From Lama glama (lineage: Eukaryota), in NCBI GenBank assembly GCA_028534125.1, contig CM052817.1:49850001-49914000 (forward strand): a DNA stretch of 64,000 nt. The letters are read 5' to 3'. Within the stretch, counting starts at the first letter, position 1; every line of letters begins with the position of its first letter. Shown here piece by piece: positions 40,001 through 51,950 of this stretch. The notes under the pieces were generated by a model. That model saw only the letters and a list, made by a program, of their open reading frames with translations. It was not told the DNA's origin and did no database searches. Position numbers and translations under genes: made by a program.

Positions 40001-40143
40001 GGGGGAGGGTATAGCTCACTGGTAGAGTGCATGCTTAGTATGCACAAGGTCCTGGGTTCAATCCCCAGTACCTCCACTAGAAATAAATAAATAAATTTTA
40101 AAAATAAATAAATCTACCTCCCTCCCTCCCCAAACACTCCCCA
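40001..40143 (+). mobile_element. tRNA(Ala)-derived SINE, Vic-1-like (camelid)
   Basis: ggggagggtatagctcactggtagagtgcatgcttagtatgcacaaggtcctgggttcaatccccagtacctcca with A and B boxes, a (TAAA)n tail, and TSD aaaagaaata at 39990-39999 and 40144-40153. Confidence 0.85.
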
Positions 40144-40659
40144 AAAAGAAATATAATTACACTTTATACTATATTTACTTATATTCTATTACATTTGTGT
40201 TTACTTTATTATATTTATATATTATACTTCATTAAATTTTTTCTACTCTACAAGCAAAGAAAGGAAAAACTACTTTTTTAAAGGCACAGTCTAGTCTTAC
40301 TCCATCACCCCAAAAAGGAAAGAAATTCTGGGCTTATTAAATTAATTAAATGCCATTTAAATTTACTAATACAATCGAAAACTTAAAAAACTACTTCCTG
40401 CATTTGCTTAAAAATTTTAAAATCCTGTAACACTTGTCTTTGAATTAACTTGCTATGGGTTAATTGGTGCTTGGGCACTCTTATCTTTTCATTTTAATAA
40501 TATTTCATGGTAAATGAGGTTTTTCAGTAGAAAATCTTGGAAAGGACAAGGAAAGAAGAATGCTTGACCAATGGGGAAGGAATAAATAAATGTCAACTAG
40601 ACCTTGTTTTTGAAAACTACTTGCAATGTTTCCATAGCAGTTGACCCAATTTGTTCTCT

Positions 40660-42500
40660 TTTTTTTAACATGATTTCACCCTTAGAGAAAGTCTACAAGA
40701 ATCTGACAAAGATTTCTAGGATACCTTTCTCTCAGTTTCCCTGAATATTAACATTTTATCACATTTGCTTATTCACTTTATTATGTTTTATGTGTATTTT
40801 TTCTGGATTGTTGAAAAATAAGTTCAGACATGATTCCCCTTTCAATACCTCAGTGTGTTCTTTCTAGCACATAACCACAGTTAAGTACCAAAATCAGGAA
40901 ATTAGCACTAATGCAGTACTATTATTTAATCTATGTACCTTACTCATATCTCACCAGTCATATCAATAATGTCCCTTTTAACAAAAGAAAATCCAGCATT
41001 ATGCTGTCGATTCAGTCTGCTTTAAACTGCAATTGTTCCTTGGTCCATCTTTGTATTTCATGACATTGACATTTTTGAAGAGTTCAGGTCAGTTATTCTG
41101 TAGAATGCCCCTAAATTTGAGTTTGTCTGATGTTTTTTCATGGCTAGTTTCGGCAGAAACACTAAAGAGGTGATGCTGAATTCTCAATGCCTTATATAAA
41201 GAAGCAAAAACTGCCGATTGGTTCCATTACTGGCAATGTTAATTTAATTATTAGGTTATTTCTCTACTGTAAAGTTATTATTTTATTCTTTGGAGTCATA
41301 AATATCCTGCAGGTAGATACTTTGAGGTGATGTAAATAAACTATTCTCAAATTTATACCCATATTTTTACTATCTATTGATGGCTCTTGCCTGAATCAAT
41401 TATTTTTATCGTGATTAAGAAATGGTAATCACTACTTCCATTATACCTTTTAGATTGGTTAGTTGACTTTCAATAGCAACAAAGAGCTTTTTCCTCTCCC
41501 CATTTCTTGATGTTTTGTAATTTATATCAGCATGGAGTCACGGATTCTTTCTTTATTCAGTAGCTTATCACTCTCTTCTATCAGAGTTTGGTTTTGTTTT
41601 TCATGCTTAAACTGTCCCAGATTTGGCCAATGGGAGCTCTTTCAAACTGGCTCCTGAACTCTTTTCACATGCTCCATTACTCTTTGGGCATTTCCTGACT
41701 CTTTGGCATAACAAACTGTTCCAGGCACGTGTTGTACTTTGCTTGCCCTTGCTGTAGGACCACCTACTATTCCAATGAGTTCCTTTTGGTAGAGAATGAT
41801 GTTTGGAAAACAAAACCTGGGTACTAGAGCGCTGGGTGTGCTCATTGCTACTGGGTTGTCATTGTTCCTAGGCTGTCTCTGCAGACAGAGCTGGAAAATA
41901 AATATATGTACATGTACACACACACACACACTCTCACACTCACACATAGAGATTTTCCTTACTCTTTTTTTACAGCTGTATAGCAGTTTATGGTATGGTC
42001 TACCAGTTTTTTCAGCTACTGTCTCATTAATTTATATGTAGATTATTTTCAATGTTTTTCAATTACAAATAATGCATCAATGAATAATCCTGTGCATACC
42101 TGTGTTCATATAATAGAGGCAGGGGTGTATCTTCAGGGTAAATCCCTGACTGTCAGATTGCTAGGTCAAAGATAAATGCATTCGTTAGTTTGTTATTGTC
42201 AAGTTATTGCTAAATTACCCCTCTTAATGGTTTACCAATTTGCATTCCCATTAGCAGTGTATGAGAGTCCATGTTTCCCCACAACCTTGCCATGAGAGTG
42301 TGCTATTTTGTTTTTTAATTTGCTAATTTTGATAATAAAAAATAGCATATCAGTGTAGCCTTAATTGCTTGGCATCACTCTTATAATGAGTGAGGTTGAA
42401 CATCTTTTCATATGCTTAAGGGCCACTGTTACATCTTTTCTTTGTGAACTGTCTGTTCATGTCTTTTGACCTTTTTAATGGGGTTTTATGTCTCAAAAAT
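40660..42500 (-). mobile_element. Old L1 (L1M-class) fragments
   Basis: ttgcattcccattagcagtgtatgagagt...gtgaggttgaacatcttttcatatgctt and other antisense L1M 3' motifs. Confidence 0.75.
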
Positions 42501-42932
42501 AAAGTTTAAAAAAATATGTACTTTGAGGGCACATCCTAAATGCCAGACACAGTTTTATGTGCCATAGATAAAACAATGAAATCACAAAATCATTTGCGAA
42601 AAGTTTCCTCAGCATAATTGCATCTAGATATGGAAATACAAACAAGGTTTAAATCTTTGATGACTGTTCTGCAAGGTTGAAATAATTTCCAAAGAAATTC
42701 AAAATCCTACAGATCCATTCACATTACCCAAACACATTTTAAGTAAAGATCCACTTAAAACTTTTTGTAGAGATGCCAAAAGGATATTTTCAAGAAGCTT
42801 AGAAGTTGCTTTGGGTAATGTTAGAAGGCTAGCAGAACACAGAGGAGAAAACTTTCAAGAAAACTTTCAAATGCTGTTTGAAAATAAGCAATCTCCCTTT
42901 TAAATTTTTTTTTTTAAAATTTTCTCATACAG

Positions 42933-43152
42933 TTATATATCTTCAGGATGATCCATTTAGCAGACAGCTCTGGACAGACAGACGGTTTCTCTCAATGTGT
43001 AACACACTGCAGTTTTCCACAATGGTGGCATGAAGCCTTTTATAACTTTTTCACCTTCAGCTGCCTCTTCATCATCCCTCTTCTCATCATGTTGGTCTGC
43101 AATGCAAAAATCATCTTCACCCTGACAAGCGTCCTTCATCAGGATCCCCACA
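42933..43152 (+). CDS. GNRHR: GnRH receptor coding exon 2 (aa 175-248)
   Basis: ctcatacag|TTA TAT ATC TTC AGG ATG...CAC A|gtatgt; 220 nt; LYIFRMIHLADSSGQTDGFSQCVTHCSF...HQDPH. Confidence 0.98.
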
Positions 43153-44482
43153 GTATGTATTCCTTGGACTAGCTGTTAACTGTGGGTAAACAGCTTTCTA
43201 AAGCAACCCAAAGCAGAGTAGTACTTAACTATGTGCTAGACATTGTTCTAAGTAGTTTACCTATATTAACCCATTTAATATTCACAGTCACCCCCATAAG
43301 GCAATACTTTTATTATCCCCAATTTACAGAGGAGAAAATTTAGTATCTTCTAATATTCTAAAATTTATATCATGGAATTAAAGATGAAATGACATTTATT
43401 CCATTTAGGCAGTGTAAGCATTGGCAAATTGTTCCCACTGGGCCATTGCAACACTACAGCAAACACCTGATATCTAGAATATAGCAAAGTACAACTCGTT
43501 AAATGGTAGTCAACAGACTTGTTAAAGTTAAGCTGTTCTGTTTCACATTCAAATCCCCTGTATCTACACAATGTGGATTATTTTTAATTCTTCTTTTTTC
43601 CTCTTTTAAAAAATTCTTGAGAACCATGAAGTCCTCACAAGCACAGCCTGTTTTTGCAGATTATTTTCCAAACATGTACAAAATGGAACCAAAACTGAGA
43701 ATCCCTTAAGAATCTGAAGGGGTGCAACATTAGAAGCTACGATTATACAGTAGCAAGTGTTCCAGCCTTCAGCTGCCAGCTGCTGCTTCTTCCTGTTCCC
43801 AAGAGTTAGCAGGATATAAATGTCTTCCCCTTGATTGTTTTTTTTTTTCTTGGCATCTGGGCGTGCACAGTTCAGCACCTTGAGGAAGTCAATTTTTGCC
43901 CACATACATTTGTGAATACAGGCCTTAGAGCACTTGATGCACATAGTATCCACACACTGCACACTTGTGTGTGCTGTGTGTGTATGTGTGTTGGGTGTGG
44001 GAAATATTATTGAATGTCATTGACTATTTCATTTTTAACTTCACAGACGTGATTGTGCCTTCTTTGTTTCAAGAATCTGGTACATTCTCAAAAAGGAAAA
44101 TTTATAAAGTGTACATGGTTCTGTTGGCTTGACAACCAAAAGATAGGGAATTCAACCCAGCTCAACCTCAGTCTGCTCTCTCAAATTTATATAATTTATT
44201 TAAGAATTTGAGTAACCTCATATTTCAAATCTGTATTAGTTTAGTGGAAATTTAATTTTAAGAGCATTACTACCTTTAGTAGTTTCCACTTATTATGTAA
44301 CATAGTAGAAATCTTGAAATATAAACAAACATGCTTTTCAAATTATCATTATTAAAAATACTAGAAATTTGCTTCCATTGTATTCATTAGGTTGAATTAG
44401 TGATTTTGTCTTCCTATTTTGTCTATTTTGGCTTTGTAATAAAACCAGTCACTTAACACCTCCTCTTTTCTCTATCTAAAAG

Positions 44483-44727
44483 GACTACAACTGAATCAAT
44501 CCAAGAACAATGTACCACGAGCTCGGCTGAAGACCCTAAAGATGACGGTTGCATTTGCCACTTCATTTACCGTTTGCTGGACTCCCTACTATGTCCTAGG
44601 AATCTGGTATTGGTTTGATCCTGAAATGGTAAACAGGGTGTCAGACCCAGTAAATCACTTCTTCTTTCTCCTGGCTTTTTTAAATCCATGCTTTGACCCA
44701 CTTATATATGGCTATTTCTCTCTGTAA
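44483..44727 (+). CDS. GNRHR: GnRH receptor coding exon 3 (aa 248-328, no C-terminal tail)
   Basis: tctatctaaaag|GA CTA CAA CTG...DPLIYGYFSL*; 245 nt; total CDS 522+220+245 = 987 nt = 328 aa plus stop. Confidence 0.97.
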
Positions 44728-45506
44728 CTGTCAGACTACATAGGAAATCATGTAAAGAGAGCAAGATAATGAATTTCACCTTTGGGGAATGATCAACACA
44801 AAGCATATTGCGGTACATTTACACATAAAAGAAGCAGAGTTTCAGGTTATATTACTATCCACATTCTTTTAGAAATCACATTGTTAGAGATTTAACAAGG
44901 GAAAAATTTTCGGGAAAAATAGTGAAATATTTCCCCTTAATCATAAGATTCTGAATTAACCTCTGCTTTCTGAGCTCCCATAACCCATTATGTGGGGTTT
45001 TTTTTTTTTATCACTTTCTTCTTTTATAATAATGTATCAGTGTTTAAAACAGCCATAGCTGTTTTCAAAGAGAGACCAAAAAGTAAGGCTGAGAAAACAC
45101 AACACAGTCCTAACCTCAGCACGACAGGGGAGTTTTTCTCCAAAGGGGTTTAGCAGCAATTACAATCTTACGCTGAGATAATATGTAGACCACAGGGATA
45201 GTATTTCCCCTGCCCATATGATCAGTTTTCCCTCCTGTGATTAAAAAAAAAATGCAATGAATCTAATTTTTCCCTTGGCTTCAAAAGCATTCTGATGTTT
45301 GGAGTATTCAGCAACCAACCCACCATCCACTACTCCAACCTGGCAAGACTCACAAATAGTTCTCCTTCATCCCCTTGTTTACATGGTACAGGCTGTGAAG
45401 GGCTGCCATGTAAAAGGAAGCCTTAGAGGGATCTGCATTTGGACAGGGGGTCAGAACACACCTCTTGGCTGTGGAGTCTATGGAATCTGTGGTAATTAAG
45501 TGTAGT

Positions 45507-45512
45507 AATAAA
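45507..45512 (+). terminator. Candidate GNRHR poly(A) signal (further AATAAA at 46996 and 47297)
   Basis: AATAAA about 780 nt after the stop. Confidence 0.4.
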
Positions 45513-48500
45513 GACATTGTTTTAAAATACAATCAAGAAAAGACCTATACTGATTATGTTTTATACATAATATACTCTTTTTTTTAATATGAGGGATTTT
45601 TCTTCTATCTTCTGATCTTCCTAAATCCATAATCTACAAATGTCTAAAAAGGTAAATAAGAAATCAAGCAAATGCACAAGCAAAAATGTATTTGATATGT
45701 AAAATGAACTCTGAAAACCACAGTTTTAATATATAGGAGTCAAAAGAAACAGAAGAATATTAGAAAGAGGAAAAGACAAGTTCTCTAAAAGTGTGTAACT
45801 AACACCTGTTGATATTTACATTTAGTGACATGGTTTCCACAAAACATCGACACAGTATCTCTTTTAATTCAGGCTTCTGTTTCAAGCCATCGCATGGAAA
45901 GGGGGTTAGGGTGAAAGGGTTCTAAAATATCCATTAAATGAGAAAGTCTCACAAGGGACTTACAAGAAATTCAACCACTGTTTAACTTCTTTTTTTAAAA
46001 AATAGGTAAAATATTATTATATTCACATGAGATACCAAGTACCACACAAAATATGAAATGTAATTTCCACATATTCCAGGCCATGTGGAACTGTGGAAAG
46101 TAAGTTACTAATTAGACTAATAGTAGGTCTTTCCTTTCTTTGCTTTTCTTTTCTCATACTTCCAGTTTTCTAGTGTTGTGTTTGGTTTTTTTTCCACATC
46201 CTAGATTAGTTTCCAATTCTGTCTCCATTGGTCCTGTTTCTATCACCATTGAACTCCTTCCTTCTACTCTTTCATTCATATCTTCTTTTTCACTAAACTC
46301 ATACATTTAATTAACCAATCTATGCCCCAATCTACAGTTGAGTTGAGCAAGACTCAAAATCTGTAATATGCTAAAATGCTTAAAGTTAAATTTAAATGTG
46401 TGTATGCTAGTTCTGCTGGATGACACAGGAATATAAATAAGAAAACCAACCTTCTCCACATATCTTTATCATACATATACTTACTCCTAACTAGTAACAA
46501 TTCTTATATATGGATTTAGAGGCAAAAATATACAAGATACAATCCAAGGGCTTTAGTAAATATATGTTTAATGAATACATGTCAGCTTGGATTTTATATG
46601 TTCAAGATACGTTTTACTTAGACATGTTCTCAGGCATTTTTAAATACATTAACTAAAGGGCTATTCAAAATCTTGATGCAGGGGATTTTCACCCATGATC
46701 CATACAGAAAACAGTATTTCAATGCAAGTGCTTTTCTTTTATTCCTATTTATATTATTTATATGCTTAAAAACATTAACCTGAGAGAGGTTTTTAGGCCA
46801 AAACAGACTGCGAAAGGAGCCCATGTCACAAAACAGGTTAAGAATTCCCAATTGATTTTTATATTTACAAAGAAGTTTTTGAAAATTAAAAAGTATCAGT
46901 GTATTCATTTATTTATATATACATTAAAATATTAATATTGAAACTGGATTACTCACCATTTTCAAACTTAGAAACTCTCTCAAGGTTCAACATGTAATAA
47001 AAATCTTTGCAGAAATAAGTATAATATTATATAAATATTGTGATCCATAAATTATAACATGGAAATGAATTTAAACCAAAATTCATAATCCAAAACGTAT
47101 GTGTGAATGCAACTCTAAAGAGGGTACTTAATATTTGATATTATAGTCATTTGCTCTATTTCCCATCATAATATAAGATGAGGATTCCTTGTAAAAAAGG
47201 ATATATCAGATAATTAATATTCTATTGTGGCTGCCTCCTCTATTTAGCATATAAAAGTGGTCAAAAAATGGATTTCCTCTTACAATTCAACTTAGTAATA
47301 AATGAAATAGACAAGCAACAATGAATTAAACAAAGATTGCACAAATTCAACTTCAGCCTACAAAACACAGATATCGTTAGCTTAAAACAAATAAACAAAC
47401 AAACAAAACTACTGGGGTACCACAAACATTATTTTCCAAGGAGCTGAAATCTGTAAATATATTAGGAATTTTTTTAACTGTCCTGGTCTCAGAACTTACT
47501 TGGTAGTCATAAAATGATAATATTTGTGAGCATTTAAAATATATTTAGAATTTTATCTATTTTACTTTTAGCCTAGTTTCAAATGTTTAACCAATTCCTT
47601 GAGCTTGTCTAATTACTATATATTGTGTCCATAAGATGCTAAATAAAATAAGGTTCAGTTTAATCTTTAATTAAGATTAATTGAGTTAAATCTTCAATTT
47701 AATTCTTACGGTTTTTAAGTTTAAAAATTAGGTTTAAAACAATTAGTCTAATTTTTAAAATTACATAATATATAAAGTGCATGCATAGGAACAGTAGAAT
47801 ATATGCAAAAAGTGTTGATATAGTTATCTCTGAGTGGTTTTTTTTTTCATTTTCTTTTTTGTGAATACCTGTATTCCAAATTTCCAAAATGAACATATAT
47901 TACTTTCATAATGAGAGAAAAGTACAATAAATATTATATGTATGTGTATGTTTGTATGAGTTTTATTTTTTGCATCACTTTTTCTGTTAGAATGCTTTCT
48001 GCTGTAATTAATAGAAATGGCACACTACAGGTAGCATGTTTTTATGTTATAGGAATTCCAGAAGTAAGCATGCAGAGTTGGTTAATTCAGAGCTTTGAGT
48101 CATTTTCTCTGCTTCCACTAGGCTTTATTTTAGTGATTAGAAGTTAGTTGTCACCAACGAGAAGTCTCAAAGGCAGAAGGAAAAGGTGGCTTCTCACCCT
48201 GCATCTCTCTTTCCCAGACCCCTCAGCACTTCCTCTGAAACTGGGCAACAATTGGAGCACATGACCACTCATAAACTAATCACTCGCAAAGGATAAAGGG
48301 ATTACCCCAAATACCTTAAGGGGGTGTTTTATCTTCTGGAGAGCAGCACTCAATTTCCTTGAACATTTAATTCACCAGGTAACAAAAAAAAAATTTTATA
48401 AAAATAAATAAATAACTATATACATATATATATATATGAATAAATATAAAAGTTCTTTTTTTCTCTCTTTTTTTCTTTTTTGTGAGAGCCTAAGGGAATG

Positions 48501-49479
48501 TTTTGAGGGTCAGAAGCCAGCAGTACCTGCCATAACCAAAATAAAATTAAGACTATGTAGACCACAGAGTTTAAATAGCACACAATTTAAATACAAAGCA
48601 TAATGACCAGATCAGTTCTTGGAACACAGTAAATTGCACAATAAGTGTATCCCTCAGAGAAAGGAACCGATTTTACTGTTTTCACAGTCTAAATCCGAAC
48701 ACTGTAAAACTCTAGTGGTTGGAATCTTCATCTGATGCAGAGAGGGCATAGTATAGTTTAGGCCCAATTACTGACTTTCTTGAGAATTCTTGTTCTCTGT
48801 TTTTTGTTTGTCCATTTTTATGATTAGTCCATTGGGTAAGAAGTTTGCATAGATTTTTAAAATTCTGGCTAGCACTTCAGATCCAGAGAGTAGTTGTCAA
48901 ATAAGTTAATAATTAAACATGTGGCAACCTGGAGGGGATTTCTCACAGAGCTAAGAAAACTCAACTTCAAAGCTCCTCATTCAGGCCACTCCCGAGGCCT
49001 GGGAAAAGAAGTCTTCTCGTTATGTTTTTACAAAATTCACAAAATAGGATATTATAATTGCAGTTAGTTAAGACTAGCTCTTTCCACTTTTACTTGCCCT
49101 CTGCCACACTTCCCTGCTCAGATGAGGTAGTATTGGAACGGCCAAGGATACCTCTGGGATCTGGTCAAGGGGAACTTGAATTAGGGATATATTTACGTTG
49201 AATCTAGAGAGATACTAAGTGGTTCTTGGTCACTTTTATGTGTGGTTAAATCACTGCTAACCAGGACAGTAAGCTTCTAAGCATAGTACCAGATAAAATA
49301 CTGTTACTCCTATACTGACTCACCTGGCAGAGTGACAGGAAAGTGCAGGGCCAGAGGTCACATCATGATATAGATGAGTCTAGCCTTATGGCCACAGAAC
49401 TACATGGGTAGTGGAGGGGAAATCAGAGTATAAAATATACAGAAGCTTGTCTATGGGAACTCTTTCATTTCTTAGCATA

Positions 49480-50098
49480 TATACCCTGAAGTGATTCCCA
49501 GTAAGTCACACCCATATATAATCCCCTCTATGAGCAAGACGTAACATGTGACTTGCTTCCAACCATGCTTTTCCTATGGCAAAGATAATGGGAAGCCAAT
49601 CCTTTGATTAAGTTACATAATAAGGCAATGGGATGTCACTCCCGTGACTTATATTTTATTATATAAGACTCCATCTTAGCTGATTGGAGTCAGAAATTCT
49701 CCTGCTGCCCTTGAAGAAGCAAACAGCTATGTTGTGAGCTACCTTTGCAGAGGGTACATGGCAGGGAATTGTGGGTCACCTCTAGAACCTGAGGGTAGCC
49801 TCCGTTGGACACCCAGTAAGAAGCTGCAGCCCTCAGTCACAACAGATGCAAAGAAATGAATTATGCCAACAACCTGTATAAGCCTGCAAGTGGATTCTTC
49901 CTTAGTCAAGCCTCCAGAGAAGAACACAGCCTGGCCAACATCCTACTTACAGCTCACTGACACCCTGAGCAGAATTCTTGCCCAACACCCAGTCTCATGC
50001 CTGGACTCCACACATTCAGAAACTGTGAGATAAATGTGTGTTGTTCCCAATCACTATGTTTGTCGTAATTTATTATGCAACAGTAGAAAACTAATATA
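49480..50098 (+). mobile_element. MLT1 (MaLR) solo LTR, MLT1E-like
   Basis: ccttgaagaagcaaacagctatgttgtgag...gtggattcttcc...cagaaactgtgagataaatgtgtgttg...tagaaaactaatata. Confidence 0.8.
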
Positions 50099-51769
50099 CT
50101 TAGCGTGTAAAATTGTAGGAAAAGGATTGGGTCCTCATCAAATCCTAGTTAAAATAGAAATTCTCTCCTCTCAGAAATATACTCAACAAGGCAGCATATA
50201 CAATTATAAACTCCTACATTATTTTTCTTTCTGACTGGAAATGTACAATATACCAGAATTTCTGTGTTCGTAGGGCACAAAACCATAGCAGTACTAAAGC
50301 CAACAACGACATATGTTTCATGCATCCCACTGTATCAGACTGAATGTTAGGATGTCATTACTGATAAAGAATTTTGAAATTGAAAGGAAACTTTAAAAAT
50401 TATCACTATATAAAACATTACATTATGAAACATTGTTATATTAAGACATTATTAGGGAGTATGTAGCCAAAATAATTTAGGAGGAGAAGTACCTTAGAGT
50501 TATGTCAAACAATTAATGCTTAAAATTATTACATTATTTTTGGAGACTTTGCGATGTTTGTGGTATTTGTCAGATTTTTGTAATGCAATGTGATTTCTTT
50601 TTTCATTCTAACAAAATATTTTTATACCCAATTATGTATTATAGAGAGCCTTCAAAATTGTAAAAAATCAGGCCCCAGAAAACATGAATCCTTCTGATAG
50701 GAACTAAGCATCTACATTATTTCTACTACCACTTCTCACTTTCCAAATTTATAAACTAGTTCTGATAAAAATATTCAAATCTTATTTTCTTGCCAAATTC
50801 ACTATCCCAATGATCTCTTCAGAAAGCTAGACTTGCTAGAATGAGGTCCCACCTTACTCTTTCCATTCTAATGCCTCCTCTCCATTAGAATGGGACTGAA
50901 GTCTGTTCCTAAACCAACTTAAACTAAGGAGGACATGCTATTTGATTTCAGGAATCTCTGCTGCAAACTATATACTGGTCTGTGTGTCAAAATCTCTAAT
51001 GTTCCCTGCTTTTATAGATTTCTAATTACTATGGTCCACCCACCTGATAGGATGAGACTTTCTGTGATCTCATCCATCGCTTCCTCTATCACTAGTTCAT
51101 CTCCTGAATTTCCCATTATCTTTCACTAAACATCTTGGACACATTCTACTTTCTAGGCTGCACTCAGCATCTTTACTTACAGCTGGCTCCTCTACAACGA
51201 TTGCTTGCCCCAGTTGGTGTAGTTGCCAGGACTAAGTTCACAAGGTCTTCCCAAGTCCATTGCAGATAACAATCCCATAACCAGCTATTTGGCAAAATAC
51301 AACCACCATCAGAATAACACGATCAAATTCAATAAAAAGTAGACCCCAAAGAAATAGAATGCAGGACCTGACAAAGATTTATCAGAAGAGAGCTCTCTCA
51401 ACCTCCCACTAATAAACCTTCCTAAACTATATTCTGTTCTCTGTGTGCTCCTATTACAATGGAAAATTTGTCCCTGCTCCTCTTAAAAGCCAATCCCTCC
51501 CTTTGTGTTGTGGATACCTTTCCCTCTCACCTCTCAAGGACATCATTTCTTCAGCTATTCCATTTTCCTCCTACAACATCAATTTCCCCCTTTCTATTGA
51601 ATCATTTCCCACTGGCATATGATAATACTTTTTATCTCACATTTTAAAAAAGTCTTCCTCAGCTATATATTCCATTTCAGCTTCATCTGCCACAATCCAT
51701 TTCTCTACTCTCCTTCCCAGAAAACTCAAGAGTTGACCACATCTGATAACTCTTCTTTACTTCCCTTTT

Positions 51770-51950
51770 TTAATTTTTAAAAAATTTTATTTAAGTATAG
51801 TTGATTTACAATGTGTTAATTTCTGGTGTGCAGCAAAATGATTGTTACATATATATATTCTTTTTCATTATAGGTTATTACAAGATATTGAGTGTAGTTC
51901 CCTGTGCTAGACAGTAGAACCTTGTTGTTTATCTACTTTATATATAGTAG
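51770..51950 (-). mobile_element. Short 5'-truncated L1 with 9-bp TSD, nested in L2
   Basis: aagtatagttgatttacaatgtgtt...gttccctgtgctagacagtag; TSD ttccctttt at 51761-51769 and 51951-51959. Confidence 0.8.

Noticed and set aside
40001..40076. tRNA-Ala gene
   Set aside because: Poor acceptor-stem pairing, a SINE tail and a TSD show it is a SINE.
44671..44679. Apparent F313L (dog-like antagonist-resistance change) in GNRHR
   Set aside because: Careful numbering shows the Leu is at 311; Phe313 is retained.
44700..44727. GPCR ending right after TM7, suggesting truncation
   Set aside because: Lack of a C-terminal tail is normal for mammalian type I GnRH receptors.
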